Origin: an archaeon
Lineage (GTDB): Archaea; Iainarchaeota; Iainarchaeia; Iainarchaeales; JANQMZ01
Assembly (NCBI GenBank): GCA_028279805.1
Contig: JANQMZ010000007.1
Coordinates: 30,001 to 62,000, forward strand
Direction: 5' to 3'
Length of the DNA: 32,000 bases
The notes beneath the pieces were generated by a model. The model worked only from the letters and a program-made list of their open reading frames with translations, did no database searches and was not told the DNA's origin. Below are positions 1 to 9,289 of the stretch, piece by piece. The first letter of the stretch is position 1. The number at the start of each line of letters is the position of its first letter. Both the position numbers and the translations under genes were made by a program.

Positions 1-152
1 CATACCTGAAAAGCATTAGGCCTTAAAACAATGCATCCTGAAACGCTTGAATGTTCCGCCAATTCGGCTTTTTGTATTATTTGTGAATACCATTCGGAAA
101 AATCTTTTTCTTTTTTAACAGTCAATCCCTGCATTTCCTCTTTTTTAGCCAT
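1..152 (-). CDS. proS: Prolyl-tRNA synthetase, archaeal/eukaryal type, N-terminal fragment running off the left edge
   Basis: Reverse-strand translation from ATG at 152: MAKKEEMQGLTVKKEKDFSEWYSQIIQKAELAEHSSVSGCIVLRPNAFQV, matching the typical N-terminus of archaeal ProRS (FSEWYxxxxxKAELxxxSxVxGCxVxxP). Not in the supplied ORF track because it is truncated by the window. Confidence 0.88.
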   Translation of the reverse strand, partial: MAKKEEMQGLTVKKEKDFSEWYSQIIQKAELAEHSSVSGCIVLRPNAFQV

Positions 153-188
153 ATTATTACCAATACATTCTCTTGCTTTTAATTCATG

Positions 189-222
189 TGCTATCTTTAG
201 ACAGCAATTATGGGCCCATAAT
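189..222 (-). promoter_or_regulatory. Structured spacer between tRNA-Pro and proS: 7-bp hairpin (189-206) abutting a 16-bp perfect palindrome (207-222)
   Basis: Plus strand tgctatc-ttta-gacagca (one G.U pair when read as minus-strand RNA), immediately followed by attatgggcccataat, a perfect palindrome. Confidence 0.45.
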
Positions 223-236
223 CGCGGCCAGGCGAG

Positions 237-311
237 TGGGGCTACCGAGATTCGAACTCGGGTCCTAAGCTCCCAAAGCTCAAATGCTAGACCTGACTAC
301 ACCATAGCCCC
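237..311 (-). tRNA. tRNA-Pro (anticodon UGG)
   Basis: 75-nt cloverleaf on the minus strand: GGGGCTA TG GTGT AGTCAGGTCTA GCAT T TGAGC TTTGGGA GCTTA GGAC CCGAG TTCGAAT CTCGG TAGCCCC A. Acceptor stem 7 bp, T-stem 5 bp, anticodon loop UU-UGG-GA. CCA is not encoded. Confidence 0.96.
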
Positions 312-400
312 ATTCAGTACTAAAATTTGTTTAAATTTCTTTTTAAACTCTCTTTTTTTTGGCAAAAAGTGTTTTTAATAATTCTGACAATTAAAGTATA

Positions 401-2215
401 ATGCTTTTCAAACACTTGGCCCAGACGTTTAATTCTGTGGAGAATGCTTCTTCAAGGCTGGAAATGACTTCAATTATTTCCCAAATTTTTGAAAAAGCAT
501 CTTCTGATGAAATTTCCCAGATTGTTTACTTGTTTCAGGGCAATCTCGGACCTGCTTTTCAGGAATTGGATTTTGGCTTGGGTGAAAAACTTGTAATTCA
601 GTCTTTGTCAAAAATTTCAGGTTTTAGCGAAAAAGACATTAACACAGAATATTCAAAAAAAGGTGATTTGGGTTTGGTTACAGAAGAACTTGTTTCCAAA
701 AAAAAGCAAAAATCTTTGTTTGTTGAAAATTTAACCGTTGAAAAAGTTTTTTCAAATTTTTTAAAACTTGCAAAAGTTTCAGGAACCGGTTCACAGGAAT
801 TGAAAAAAAAACTGTTAGCTGAATTAATCAATTCAGCGCAAAAACTTGAAGCCCGTTATATTGTGAGAATGCCTCTGCAAACTTTGCGTCTGGGAATTGG
901 TGATCCGACTTTGATGGACGCATTATCTTTAAATTATTTAAAACAATTCCGTTTAAAAGAAAAAACGCTTGAAGAAAATTTTAAAAAAAAGTTTAAAAAA
1001 GAGGAAGATATTTCAAGACAAATGCGCATGAAACTCAGGGAAAAAATTGAAACTGTTTACAACGTTCATCCTGACCTGGGTTTTATTGCATCTGAATTAA
1101 AACAGCATGGCCTTAAAGCTTTGCAAAAAATTTCAATTACTCCCGGAATTCCAATCCGCCCTACACTTGCTGAGCGTTTGACTACTCCGAAAGAAATTGT
1201 TGAAAAGATAGGAAAATGTTTTATTGAATGGAAATATGACGGTTTCAGGTTACAGGTTCATGTTGATAACGATGATGTTAAAATTTTTTCAAGAAAACAG
1301 GAAAACATGACTTCAATGTTTCCTGATTTGGTTAAAGCTGTTAAACAACATTTTAAAGCAAAAAAAGCCATTTTTGAAGGGGAAGCTCTGGCTATTGATT
1401 CAACCGGAAAATTTTTGCCTTTTCAGGTTACAATTCAGCGTAAAAGAAAATATGACATTGATGAAATGGTTAAAAAATTGCCGTTAAAATTTTTTGCTTT
1501 TGATATTCTTTTTTTAAACGGAAAAAATTTAATGAATTTAAATTTTAAGGAAAGAAGAAAAATTCTTTCAGATTCAATCAAAAAAAATGAAACTGTTTCT
1601 TTAACAAAAGGAATTGAAACCGATAAACCTGAAGAAATTGAATCCTTTTTTACAGAATCTTTGGAATTAGGATTGGAAGGAATAATTGCAAAAGATTTGA
1701 ATGCAGAATATGTTGTTGGCGCCAGAAAATTTTCATGGATTAAATTAAAAAAATCATATAAAAACGAGTCTTTTGACACTGTTGACCTTGTTATAATCGG
1801 TTTTTTTTCAGGAAAAGGGGCAAGATCCAAATTTGGCTTGGGCGGATTGCTTGTTGCATCCTATAACAAAGAAAATGATTTGTTTGAAAGCATTGCAAAA
1901 ATCGGCACAGGTTTTTCAGAAGAGCAATTAGCCGAATTTTTCAAAAAACTTTCCAAAAAAACACTTGACAAAAAGCATCCCCGCATTTTATCCGAATTAA
2001 AACCGGATTACTGGGTTTCACCTGAATTTGTTATTGAAATTGCTTTTGATGAAATAACAAAAAGTCCCACGCACATGTCTGCAAAAAACCTGATTGGCTC
2101 CGGTTTAGCTTTAAGGTTTCCGCGGTTAATTCAGGAAAGACCTGACAGGCTTCCTGAAGATGCCACTACAAGCGAGGAAATAGTGGAAATGTTTAACAAA
2201 CAGAAAAGCGTTTAA
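401..2215 (+). CDS. lig: ATP-dependent DNA ligase
   Basis: 604 aa; nucleotidyltransferase motif EWKYDGFRLQVH; downstream EGLIAKxL-like (EGIIAKDLNAEYVVGARKFSWIKLKKSY) and C-terminal LRFPRLIQERPDR. Confidence 0.97.
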   Translation: MLFKHLAQTFNSVENASSRLEMTSIISQIFEKASSDEISQIVYLFQGNLGPAFQELDFGLGEKLVIQSLSKISGFSEKDINTEYSKKGDLGLVTEELVSKKKQKSLFVENLTVEKVFSNFLKLAKVSGTGSQELKKKLLAELINSAQKLEARYIVRMPLQTLRLGIGDPTLMDALSLNYLKQFRLKEKTLEENFKKKFKKEEDISRQMRMKLREKIETVYNVHPDLGFIASELKQHGLKALQKISITPGIPIRPTLAERLTTPKEIVEKIGKCFIEWKYDGFRLQVHVDNDDVKIFSRKQENMTSMFPDLVKAVKQHFKAKKAIFEGEALAIDSTGKFLPFQVTIQRKRKYDIDEMVKKLPLKFFAFDILFLNGKNLMNLNFKERRKILSDSIKKNETVSLTKGIETDKPEEIESFFTESLELGLEGIIAKDLNAEYVVGARKFSWIKLKKSYKNESFDTVDLVIIGFFSGKGARSKFGLGGLLVASYNKENDLFESIAKIGTGFSEEQLAEFFKKLSKKTLDKKHPRILSELKPDYWVSPEFVIEIAFDEITKSPTHMSAKNLIGSGLALRFPRLIQERPDRLPEDATTSEEIVEMFNKQKSV

Positions 2216-2228
2216 TTTGTTGGTTAAA

Positions 2229-2462
2229 ATGAGCATTAAAAGCATTTCAAGCACAACTTTGAAAATAATCATTTTTTTAATAGTTTTTTCTTTTACTGCC
2301 TGGTGGCTGATTCAGTTAAAAATCTGGAGTGTTGATTTTACCAAAATTTTTTTCCGTTCAGGCCGATGGCTTGAATTAATTTTTGTTGCATTGGCTGTTT
2401 ATTTTGTTTCTGAAGTCCTTACAAAATTATTGCAATGGTTTTTCAGGGCGGAGATGAGATAA
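2229..2462 (+). CDS. Small membrane protein (two predicted TM segments), unknown function
   Basis: From ATG at 2229 (the ORF is open from 2217); hydrophobic segments LKIIIFLIVFSFTAWWLIQL and LELIFVALAVYFVSEVLTKLL; stop overlaps the next ATG (TAATG). Confidence 0.7.
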   Translation: MSIKSISSTTLKIIIFLIVFSFTAWWLIQLKIWSVDFTKIFFRSGRWLELIFVALAVYFVSEVLTKLLQWFFRAEMR

Positions 2463-3466
2463 TGGAAACTCCTTTCAAATTACTGGTTTATGGCATAACT
2501 GCTTTGGCTTTGATTGCAGTAATTTCAGTTTTTATTTTCGGACAATGTTTTTTGTTTTGTTCAGACCCGAATGATGAAATAAAAGAATTGCTTGATTTTG
2601 CGGAAATAAAAACAGGAAAATTTTCAGAAAAAGAACTGCTTTTTCCTTCAGAGTTTGTAACAAAAGCCGAAATTTTTGATTCGGAATCAAGATCTGTTAT
2701 TTTTGAATGCAACGATTTAACTGTTTGCTGTCCAAAAGACAATACGCAGGAATGTTCAAAGCAGGTTGAATGGAATGAAAGAACTTTTTCTGTTAAAAGT
2801 GAAAAAAGGTTACCGGTTTTTTCAAGATGCAGGTTTGAAGAGTTAGCTATTTGCAAAGTTTTTATAGGAAAAGAACCGGCACAACTTGATTTTGAAATGT
2901 TTTTTCCTGAAACATTAAACCTTTCATCTTCTCAAACTTTAAACGGAACAATAACCGTTTCAAATTCCGGCAAGGAAAGAATTCTTGTTGTTGATATTGT
3001 TTCAAAAATTTTTTCACTAAGTTTTGATGAGGGTTTTGCAAAAAAAAATCTTTTCAGTGAAAGCAAAACAACTTTATTTCCCCAAACAGAAAACACTGTA
3101 ATTGCTTTGGAGCCAAACCAGTCACATTCACGCGATTTAGCCTTAAAAGTGGGTTCTGCCGGCTCTTATCTTGCCCAGATTACTGTTGTTGAAAGAAATG
3201 ATCTGACAAATTTTGAAATGGGGTCTGCAGAATTTGATGTTACCGGTGTTTTTTCGGGAAATGAATGTGAAGCTGTTGAAAATTCCAAAAAATTTTCAAG
3301 AATTGAAAATGAACAATGCTTTATTTCCTATGATTGTTCCGGTTGCCTGTTAACAAGTGACTGCATTAATGCCTGGAACAAAAAAGGTGTAAATGTTTCT
3401 TCACAGCATGGTGATAATGAAAAAGTTTTTGAAATTGTTTCCCAAACTGATTCTTTTTGCTCTTAA
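2462..3466 (+). CDS. Cys-rich membrane-anchored exported protein with a probable CARDB-like beta-sandwich, unknown function
   Basis: Likely start METPFKLLVYGITALALIAVISVFIFG (N-terminal TM). Middle region LNGTITVSNSGKERILVVDIVSK resembles CARDB domains; many Cys residues (CNDLTVCCPKDNTQEC, CFISYDCSGCLLTSDC). Confidence 0.65.
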   Translation: METPFKLLVYGITALALIAVISVFIFGQCFLFCSDPNDEIKELLDFAEIKTGKFSEKELLFPSEFVTKAEIFDSESRSVIFECNDLTVCCPKDNTQECSKQVEWNERTFSVKSEKRLPVFSRCRFEELAICKVFIGKEPAQLDFEMFFPETLNLSSSQTLNGTITVSNSGKERILVVDIVSKIFSLSFDEGFAKKNLFSESKTTLFPQTENTVIALEPNQSHSRDLALKVGSAGSYLAQITVVERNDLTNFEMGSAEFDVTGVFSGNECEAVENSKKFSRIENEQCFISYDCSGCLLTSDCINAWNKKGVNVSSQHGDNEKVFEIVSQTDSFCS

Positions 3467-4149
3467 TTTTTTTTAACCAGTTCTGCTTTTTTTATTTTTA
3501 ATTCGCCCCATGAACCCTGCCATTTTTTTTCAGTTTCAATTATTTTTATTTTTTTCTTAAACAAAGGTGAATCAATTACAAATGTTTCAAATTCTCCTCC
3601 TTCTCCGACCAAGGAAATTCCGAATTTTTCTTTTAATTTTTTTAATTCTTCCAGTGCTTTTTCATCCAGCATTTTTCCAAGCCAGTTTTCATCCAAACCC
3701 CCTGCACCAACTCCGACAATTATTATTTTAAATCCCAAATCAATCATTTCCTTAATCAATGTTTCTTCATCTTCCTGCCACATCGGAGTAATGCTTTTCA
3801 TTTTCAAATCGTCACAAATTTTTGCAATTCTTTCACTTTGATACCTTGAAGCATTTGCACCTGAAATAACTCCCTCTATCTTTAACTCTTTTTTTACATC
3901 TTTTAAAATTTCTTTTAAATCCTCTAATTCTTTTTCTTTTTTTCCGCTTGATTCTTTTTCAATTAAAGGCAAATCCATTGCCTGCGCTCCATACTCTGTC
4001 AGGTGAACATTTGGCACATGATACATGTAAGAATCATGCCTTTTTGGCATTATGGTAATCAGCGTTACAATTTCATGCCCTTGCTTCATTGCCCTGTAAA
4101 TTGAAAAAAGAGAGTCTTTTCCGCCTGAAAACAATGCCGCTGTACGCAT
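3463..4149 (-). CDS. dph6: Diphthine--ammonia ligase (Dph6 family, PP-loop ATPase)
   Basis: PP-loop LFSGGKDSLFSIYRA; GANASRYQSERI and GEGGEFETFVIDSPLF family signatures. Confidence 0.9.
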   Translation of the reverse strand: MRTAALFSGGKDSLFSIYRAMKQGHEIVTLITIMPKRHDSYMYHVPNVHLTEYGAQAMDLPLIEKESSGKKEKELEDLKEILKDVKKELKIEGVISGANASRYQSERIAKICDDLKMKSITPMWQEDEETLIKEMIDLGFKIIIVGVGAGGLDENWLGKMLDEKALEELKKLKEKFGISLVGEGGEFETFVIDSPLFKKKIKIIETEKKWQGSWGELKIKKAELVKKN

Positions 4150-4234
4150 TTACCATTTTTTACAACATTGCCCTTAAATGCTTTTTCCTGCAAAAGAGCA
4201 GAATTTTAAACAATTATGCCCATATTTTTGCTGA

Positions 4235-5545
4235 ATGGCTTTGATTGATTCTTTTTTAAAAAAAAACAACCTAAAAACAGGCGATTTTGTTCAGCTAAAC
4301 TGGAATAAACAGCTGATTGAGGGAACAATTTTTCCCGCACAGGATTCTGACACTTTGGTTTTAAAATTAGCCTCAGGATACAATGTAGGACTGAAAACTG
4401 AAAATATTTCAAATATTAAAAAAATCAAATCACAGGAAAAAACAAAACAAAAACAGCAACAAATCAAATCAAATCCGAATCTGCCGGCATTATCCATTAT
4501 TCACACAGGCGGAACAATTGCAAGCAGGGTTGATTACAAAACCGGTGCAGTAATTCCAAGTTTTACTCCTGAAGATTTGTTTGAAATGTTTCCTGATTTA
4601 AACAAAATTGCAAACCTTAACTGCATTTTTTTCGGAAACATTTTATCTGAAAATATTAGTTTTAAAATTTTTTCAAAAATAGCACAGGAAATTAAAAAAG
4701 AAATTGACAAAGGAGTTAAAGGCATTATTGTAACACATGGCACTGACACAATGCATTATTCTGCCGCTGCATTGTCTTTTATGTTTGAAAATTTGCCTGT
4801 GCCAATAATTTTTGTAGGAGCACAGCGTTCAAGTGATCGTGGCTCAAGTGATTCAAATTTAAATCTTTTATCAGCTGCAAAATTTATAACTGAAACAAAT
4901 TTTACAGGCGTGGCATTATGCATGCATTCTTCAATGAATGATGACTTGTGCAACATTTTGCCAGCTACAAATTCACGAAAATTGCATTCTTCAAGAAGAG
5001 ATGCTTTTAAGCCTGTTAATGCTTTGCCTTTGGCTTCAATTGATTTTAACAAAAATAAAATTTCTAAAAAAAGTTTTCCGACACTCTCTGACAAACTGGT
5101 TTTCAGGCCAAAACTTGAAGAAAAAGTTGCATTGTTAAAATCTTATCCTAACCTGTCTGCAGAACAAATTGATTTTTTTAAAAAAAACAAATTTAAAGGA
5201 CTGATTTTTGAAGGAACCGGTTTGGGGCATTTGCCTGTTCTTGATTCAAAAGAAAATGAAAAAATTCTCACAAGCATTAAAAGCCTGGTCAAATCAGGCT
5301 GCATTGTTGCAATGTCCACTCAGACAATTTTTGGCAGGGTTGACATGAATGTTTATTCTGCTGGCAGAATTCTGGCAGACGCGGGTGTTTTAAGCTGTGA
5401 AAACATGCTTTCAGAAACAGCCTTGTTAAAGCTCGCATGGCTTTTGGGCAATTTTAAGCCAAATGAAGCAAAAAAACTTTTATCCAAAAACCTGCGCGGT
5501 GAAATTTCATCAAAATCGGATATAAGGCAACCTGACCTGAATTAG
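4235..5545 (+). CDS. gatD: Glu-tRNA(Gln) amidotransferase subunit D (asparaginase-like)
   Basis: SIIHTGGTIASRVDYKTGAVIPSFTPEDLFEMFPDL, GTDTMHYSAAALSFM, N-terminal GatD-like small beta-barrel. Confidence 0.95.
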   Translation: MALIDSFLKKNNLKTGDFVQLNWNKQLIEGTIFPAQDSDTLVLKLASGYNVGLKTENISNIKKIKSQEKTKQKQQQIKSNPNLPALSIIHTGGTIASRVDYKTGAVIPSFTPEDLFEMFPDLNKIANLNCIFFGNILSENISFKIFSKIAQEIKKEIDKGVKGIIVTHGTDTMHYSAAALSFMFENLPVPIIFVGAQRSSDRGSSDSNLNLLSAAKFITETNFTGVALCMHSSMNDDLCNILPATNSRKLHSSRRDAFKPVNALPLASIDFNKNKISKKSFPTLSDKLVFRPKLEEKVALLKSYPNLSAEQIDFFKKNKFKGLIFEGTGLGHLPVLDSKENEKILTSIKSLVKSGCIVAMSTQTIFGRVDMNVYSAGRILADAGVLSCENMLSETALLKLAWLLGNFKPNEAKKLLSKNLRGEISSKSDIRQPDLN

Positions 5546-5591
5546 AAAGCTTTAAAATCATTTTCCGCTTTTTTTTGATTTTAGGGATTTA

Positions 5592-6533
5592 ATGTCTGCT
5601 GTTTTAAAAATTCCAAAATTTTTTCACAAACATTTTGTAAATGTTGAAGATTTGTCAAAAAAAGACATTGAAAACATTTTATCTTTAACTCAAACACTTG
5701 AATCAATGTCAAGAAAATCCAAAAATTTTATTGCTGAAAATAAAATCATTGCCAATCTTTTTTTTGAGCCGAGCACCAGGACAAGGCTGAGCTTTGAATC
5801 AGCTGCTTATAGTCTGGGTGCAAAAGTTTTAACTGTTGCTGAACCAAACACATCTTCCATAAGCAAAGGTGAAACAATTGAAGACACAATAAAAGTTGTT
5901 TCAAATTATTGTGACTTGATTGTAATGCGTTCATCAAATGATTTGCCTTTACAAGCTTCAGCTGTTTCAGATGTTCCTGTTATTAATGCCGGTTCCGGAA
6001 CTCTTAAACATCCTACCCAGGCTTTAACCGATTTGTATGCTGTGAAAAAAAAATTTAACAAATTGTCAAATTTAAATATTGCATTTGTAGGTGATTTGAA
6101 ACATTCACGTGCAGTTAATTCCCTTGCTTTGGCGTTTTCAAAATTTTCAAACAACAATTTTTTCTTCATTTCACCAGAAGAATTAAAATTGTCTTCAGCT
6201 GTTTTCAAAAAAGTAAAAGAAAAATCAAATGTTTCCCAGCTTGATTCTTTTAATAAAATTTTGCCGGAACTTGACATAATTTATTTGACCCGTTTACAAA
6301 GAGAACGTTTTAAAAATTTTAAAAAATTTGAAAAAGCTTATGTTTTAAATTCAAATTCTTTGAAAAATGTTAAAAAAAATCTTATAATAATGCATCCTTT
6401 GCCAAGAACAAATGAAATTCCTGTTTCTCTGGACAAATCAAAACATTCTTATTATTTTGAACAGGCGGCATGCGGTGTTCCCGTCCGGGAAGCTCTTTTA
6501 ACCCTTTTATTAAAACAAAAAAAAAGTGTTTGA
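5592..6533 (+). CDS. pyrB: Aspartate carbamoyltransferase catalytic subunit
   Basis: FEPSTRTRLSFESAA, HPTQALTDLYAV, HPLPRTNEI. Confidence 0.96.
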   Translation: MSAVLKIPKFFHKHFVNVEDLSKKDIENILSLTQTLESMSRKSKNFIAENKIIANLFFEPSTRTRLSFESAAYSLGAKVLTVAEPNTSSISKGETIEDTIKVVSNYCDLIVMRSSNDLPLQASAVSDVPVINAGSGTLKHPTQALTDLYAVKKKFNKLSNLNIAFVGDLKHSRAVNSLALAFSKFSNNNFFFISPEELKLSSAVFKKVKEKSNVSQLDSFNKILPELDIIYLTRLQRERFKNFKKFEKAYVLNSNSLKNVKKNLIIMHPLPRTNEIPVSLDKSKHSYYFEQAACGVPVREALLTLLLKQKKSV

Positions 6534-7826
6534 ATGCTTACTTTTAAAAATGCCCAGATTTTTGTCCAAAACAAGCTTATTAAAGCTGATTTAAGCACTG
6601 AATCGGGTAAAATTGTTCACATTAAAAAAAACATTAAATCAGGTGAAAAAATTGACTGTTCGGGCAAAATTATTCTGCCGGGCTTAATTGATCCCCATGT
6701 TCATTTCAGGACTCCCGGGGAAGAATTTAAAGAGGACTGGGTTTCAGGAAGCAAAGCCGCTGTAGCCGGAGGCATTACAACAGTTTTTGACATGCCCAAC
6801 AACAAGCCTCCTGTTGTAACTGTTAAAAATTTGAATGAAAAGAAAAAAACCGTTTTAAAAAAATCTTTAACAAATTTTGGCTTATTTTTTGCGGTTAATA
6901 ATAAAAATTTTGATGAAATCAAAAAAGCCCAGAATATTGCCGGATTAAAACTTTACATGGGAGAATCAACCGGCAAAATAAATGTTGATTCCAAATATTT
7001 TGAAAAAATTTTTTCATTTGCTTCAAATCAAAACATTTTGCTGGCATTGCATGCTGAAAATCAAAACATTATTGATGCAAATATTGAAAAAGCAAAACAA
7101 AAAACTCAAAATCCGGAACTTCATTCTTTTATAAGAAACTCTGAAGCTGAACTTGAAGCTGTTAAAAAATCTTTACAGTTGCATGGTTCAAACAAAATGC
7201 ATTTTTGCCACATGTCTTCTGAATCAGGTGTAAATTTTCTGCAAAAAAACAAAAACAGTTTAATTTCCTGTGAGGTTTCCCCTCATCATCTGTTTTTATC
7301 TGAAAAAAATTATAAAAAGCTTGGAAATTTGTGCAAAATTAATCCTGCTTTAAAATCTGAAAAAGACAGATTGTTTTTGTTAAACTCTTTGAAAAATGAA
7401 CACATTAATATTATTGCTTCTGACCATGCTCCTCACACTCTGGAAGAAAAAGAAAAAGATTACTGGAATGCTCCTGCAGGAATTCCCGGAGTCGAAACAA
7501 TGTTACCTTTAATGCTGGATGCTGTTAACAAAAATTTGATTGAATTGAAAACAGTTGTAAATGCGATGAGTAAAAATATTGTCAAAATTTTCGGATTGCA
7601 CAATAAGGGTTTGATTAAGGAAGGTTTTGATGCTGATCTGACCATCATTGATTTGAAAAAAGAATGGATTGTCAAATCTGATAAAATGCATTCAAAAGCA
7701 GGCTGGACTCCTTTTGAAGGCTGGAAACTTAAAGGAAAACCTGTTTTAACTGTCGTAAATGGGATTATAAAGTTTAACAACAATAATGTTGTAAGCAATG
7801 TCCCTGCACAAGAGGTTTTATTTTAG
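6534..7826 (+). CDS. pyrC: Dihydroorotase
   Basis: GLIDPHVHFRTPGEEFKEDW, HAENQNIID, HFCHMSSES, SDHAPHTLEEKE; abuts pyrB. Confidence 0.95.
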   Translation: MLTFKNAQIFVQNKLIKADLSTESGKIVHIKKNIKSGEKIDCSGKIILPGLIDPHVHFRTPGEEFKEDWVSGSKAAVAGGITTVFDMPNNKPPVVTVKNLNEKKKTVLKKSLTNFGLFFAVNNKNFDEIKKAQNIAGLKLYMGESTGKINVDSKYFEKIFSFASNQNILLALHAENQNIIDANIEKAKQKTQNPELHSFIRNSEAELEAVKKSLQLHGSNKMHFCHMSSESGVNFLQKNKNSLISCEVSPHHLFLSEKNYKKLGNLCKINPALKSEKDRLFLLNSLKNEHINIIASDHAPHTLEEKEKDYWNAPAGIPGVETMLPLMLDAVNKNLIELKTVVNAMSKNIVKIFGLHNKGLIKEGFDADLTIIDLKKEWIVKSDKMHSKAGWTPFEGWKLKGKPVLTVVNGIIKFNNNNVVSNVPAQEVLF

Positions 7827-7829
7827 GAG

Positions 7830-8432
7830 TTGGTTGGATTGGATGATAAGGAAAAAATCGCTTTGTCTTTGCATGAAATTGGTGCAATAAAATTTGGCAA
7901 TTTTACTTTAAAGGACGGTTCTCAAAGTCCTTTTTATATTGATTTGAGAATTTTGGTTTCTTTTCCCGAAAAACTGAAAGAAATTGCCAATGCTTTGATT
8001 AAAATTTCAAAAAAATTAACTTTTCACAGAATTGCAGGCATTCCTTATGCTGCCATTCCCATTGCAACAGCTGTAAGCTTAAAATCCGGATTTCCTTTGG
8101 TTTATCCCAGAAAAGAACAAAAAGGTTACGGAACCAAAAGGCAGATTGAAGGAATTCATAAAACCGCTGAAACTGTTCTTGTTTATGATGATTTAATTAC
8201 AACCGGTGCCAGCAAGTTTGAAGCTATTAAACCTTTGGAAGATGCTAATTTAAGAGTCAAGGATATTGTTGTTCTGGTTGACAGGGAACAGGGTGGAAAA
8301 GAAACAGTTGAAGCCCGTGGCTACAAATTTCATTCTGTTTTAACCATTACTGAAATTTTGAATTCATTAAAAAAAAATAATAAAATTTCAAAAGAAGAAT
8401 TTGACAAAGTCACTGATTATTTGGGTAAGTGA
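7830..8432 (+). CDS. pyrE: Orotate phosphoribosyltransferase (TTG start)
   Basis: FTLKDGSQSPFYIDLR and PRPP-binding motif VLVYDDLITTGASKFEAI; preceded by aggag. Confidence 0.94.
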   Translation: MVGLDDKEKIALSLHEIGAIKFGNFTLKDGSQSPFYIDLRILVSFPEKLKEIANALIKISKKLTFHRIAGIPYAAIPIATAVSLKSGFPLVYPRKEQKGYGTKRQIEGIHKTAETVLVYDDLITTGASKFEAIKPLEDANLRVKDIVVLVDREQGGKETVEARGYKFHSVLTITEILNSLKKNNKISKEEFDKVTDYLGK

Positions 8433-9289
8433 TTTTAGTGTTTGTTGAAAAATTAAAAACTTCTTCTCAGAAAAACAATTCAATTGTTTGCGTTGGCATA
8501 GACCCTGTGCTTGAAAAAATTCCTTTAACTGAATCTTCTGTTCAGAAAAAAATTGAAAAGTTTTATTCTGAAATTTTTAATGCTTTTGAATCTGAAAATG
8601 TTTTGCCTAGCGCGGTTAAACCAAATTATGCTTTTTTTGCACAATACGGTTTTCCGGGTTTAAATGCTTTGCAGACTGTTATTAAAATGTGCCAGAATTT
8701 TTCTCTTCCGGTAATTTTGGATGCAAAACGCGGAGACATCGGTTCAACTGCAGAAGCTTATGCCAAAGAAATTTTTGAATTCTGGACAGCTGATGCAACA
8801 ACTTTATCGCCTTTCATGGGCACTGATTCAGTTCAGCCTTTTGTAAAACAGGCTGAAAAAGGGTTTGGAATTTATCTTCTGAACCGAACTTCAAATCCGG
8901 GCGCGGCAGACTTTCAATCCTTAAAAACCGAAAATTTGCCTTTATTTCTTCAAATTTCTCAAAAAATAGCTGAATGGGCTCAGAATGCTTCAGGCAATGT
9001 TGGGGCGGTTGTGGGTGCCACATCCATTGAAGAATTAGCCCAGATTGGCCGGTTTTTTGCCCAAAATTCCAAAAATCCTGTTCCTCTGCTTATTCCGGGT
9101 GTCGGAGCACAGGGAGGCTCAGCTTCAGATGTTTCCAAAAAACTGAAATCCATTTATGATGATGTGTCAATTCATTTGATTAATTCTTCTTCCGGAATAA
9201 ATTATGCTTATCAAAAAACTGATTCTGATGATTTTGCAGGAGAAGCCGTTAAAGCGTTAAAAGAATTAAACAAGGAAATTAATCTATAA
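8429..9289 (+). CDS. pyrF: Orotidine 5'-phosphate decarboxylase, long (type 2) subfamily
   Basis: VCVGIDPVLEKIP, ILDAKRGDIGSTAEAYAKE-type motif (VILDAKRGDIG), SPFMGTDSVQPF; 286 aa. Confidence 0.93.
   Translation: MILVFVEKLKTSSQKNNSIVCVGIDPVLEKIPLTESSVQKKIEKFYSEIFNAFESENVLPSAVKPNYAFFAQYGFPGLNALQTVIKMCQNFSLPVILDAKRGDIGSTAEAYAKEIFEFWTADATTLSPFMGTDSVQPFVKQAEKGFGIYLLNRTSNPGAADFQSLKTENLPLFLQISQKIAEWAQNASGNVGAVVGATSIEELAQIGRFFAQNSKNPVPLLIPGVGAQGGSASDVSKKLKSIYDDVSIHLINSSSGINYAYQKTDSDDFAGEAVKALKELNKEINL

Noticed and set aside
31-378. 115-aa plus-strand ORF in the supplied track
   Set aside because: It runs antisense through tRNA-Pro and the proS start; peptide GATEIRTRVLSS is a typical artefact of translating a tRNA gene.
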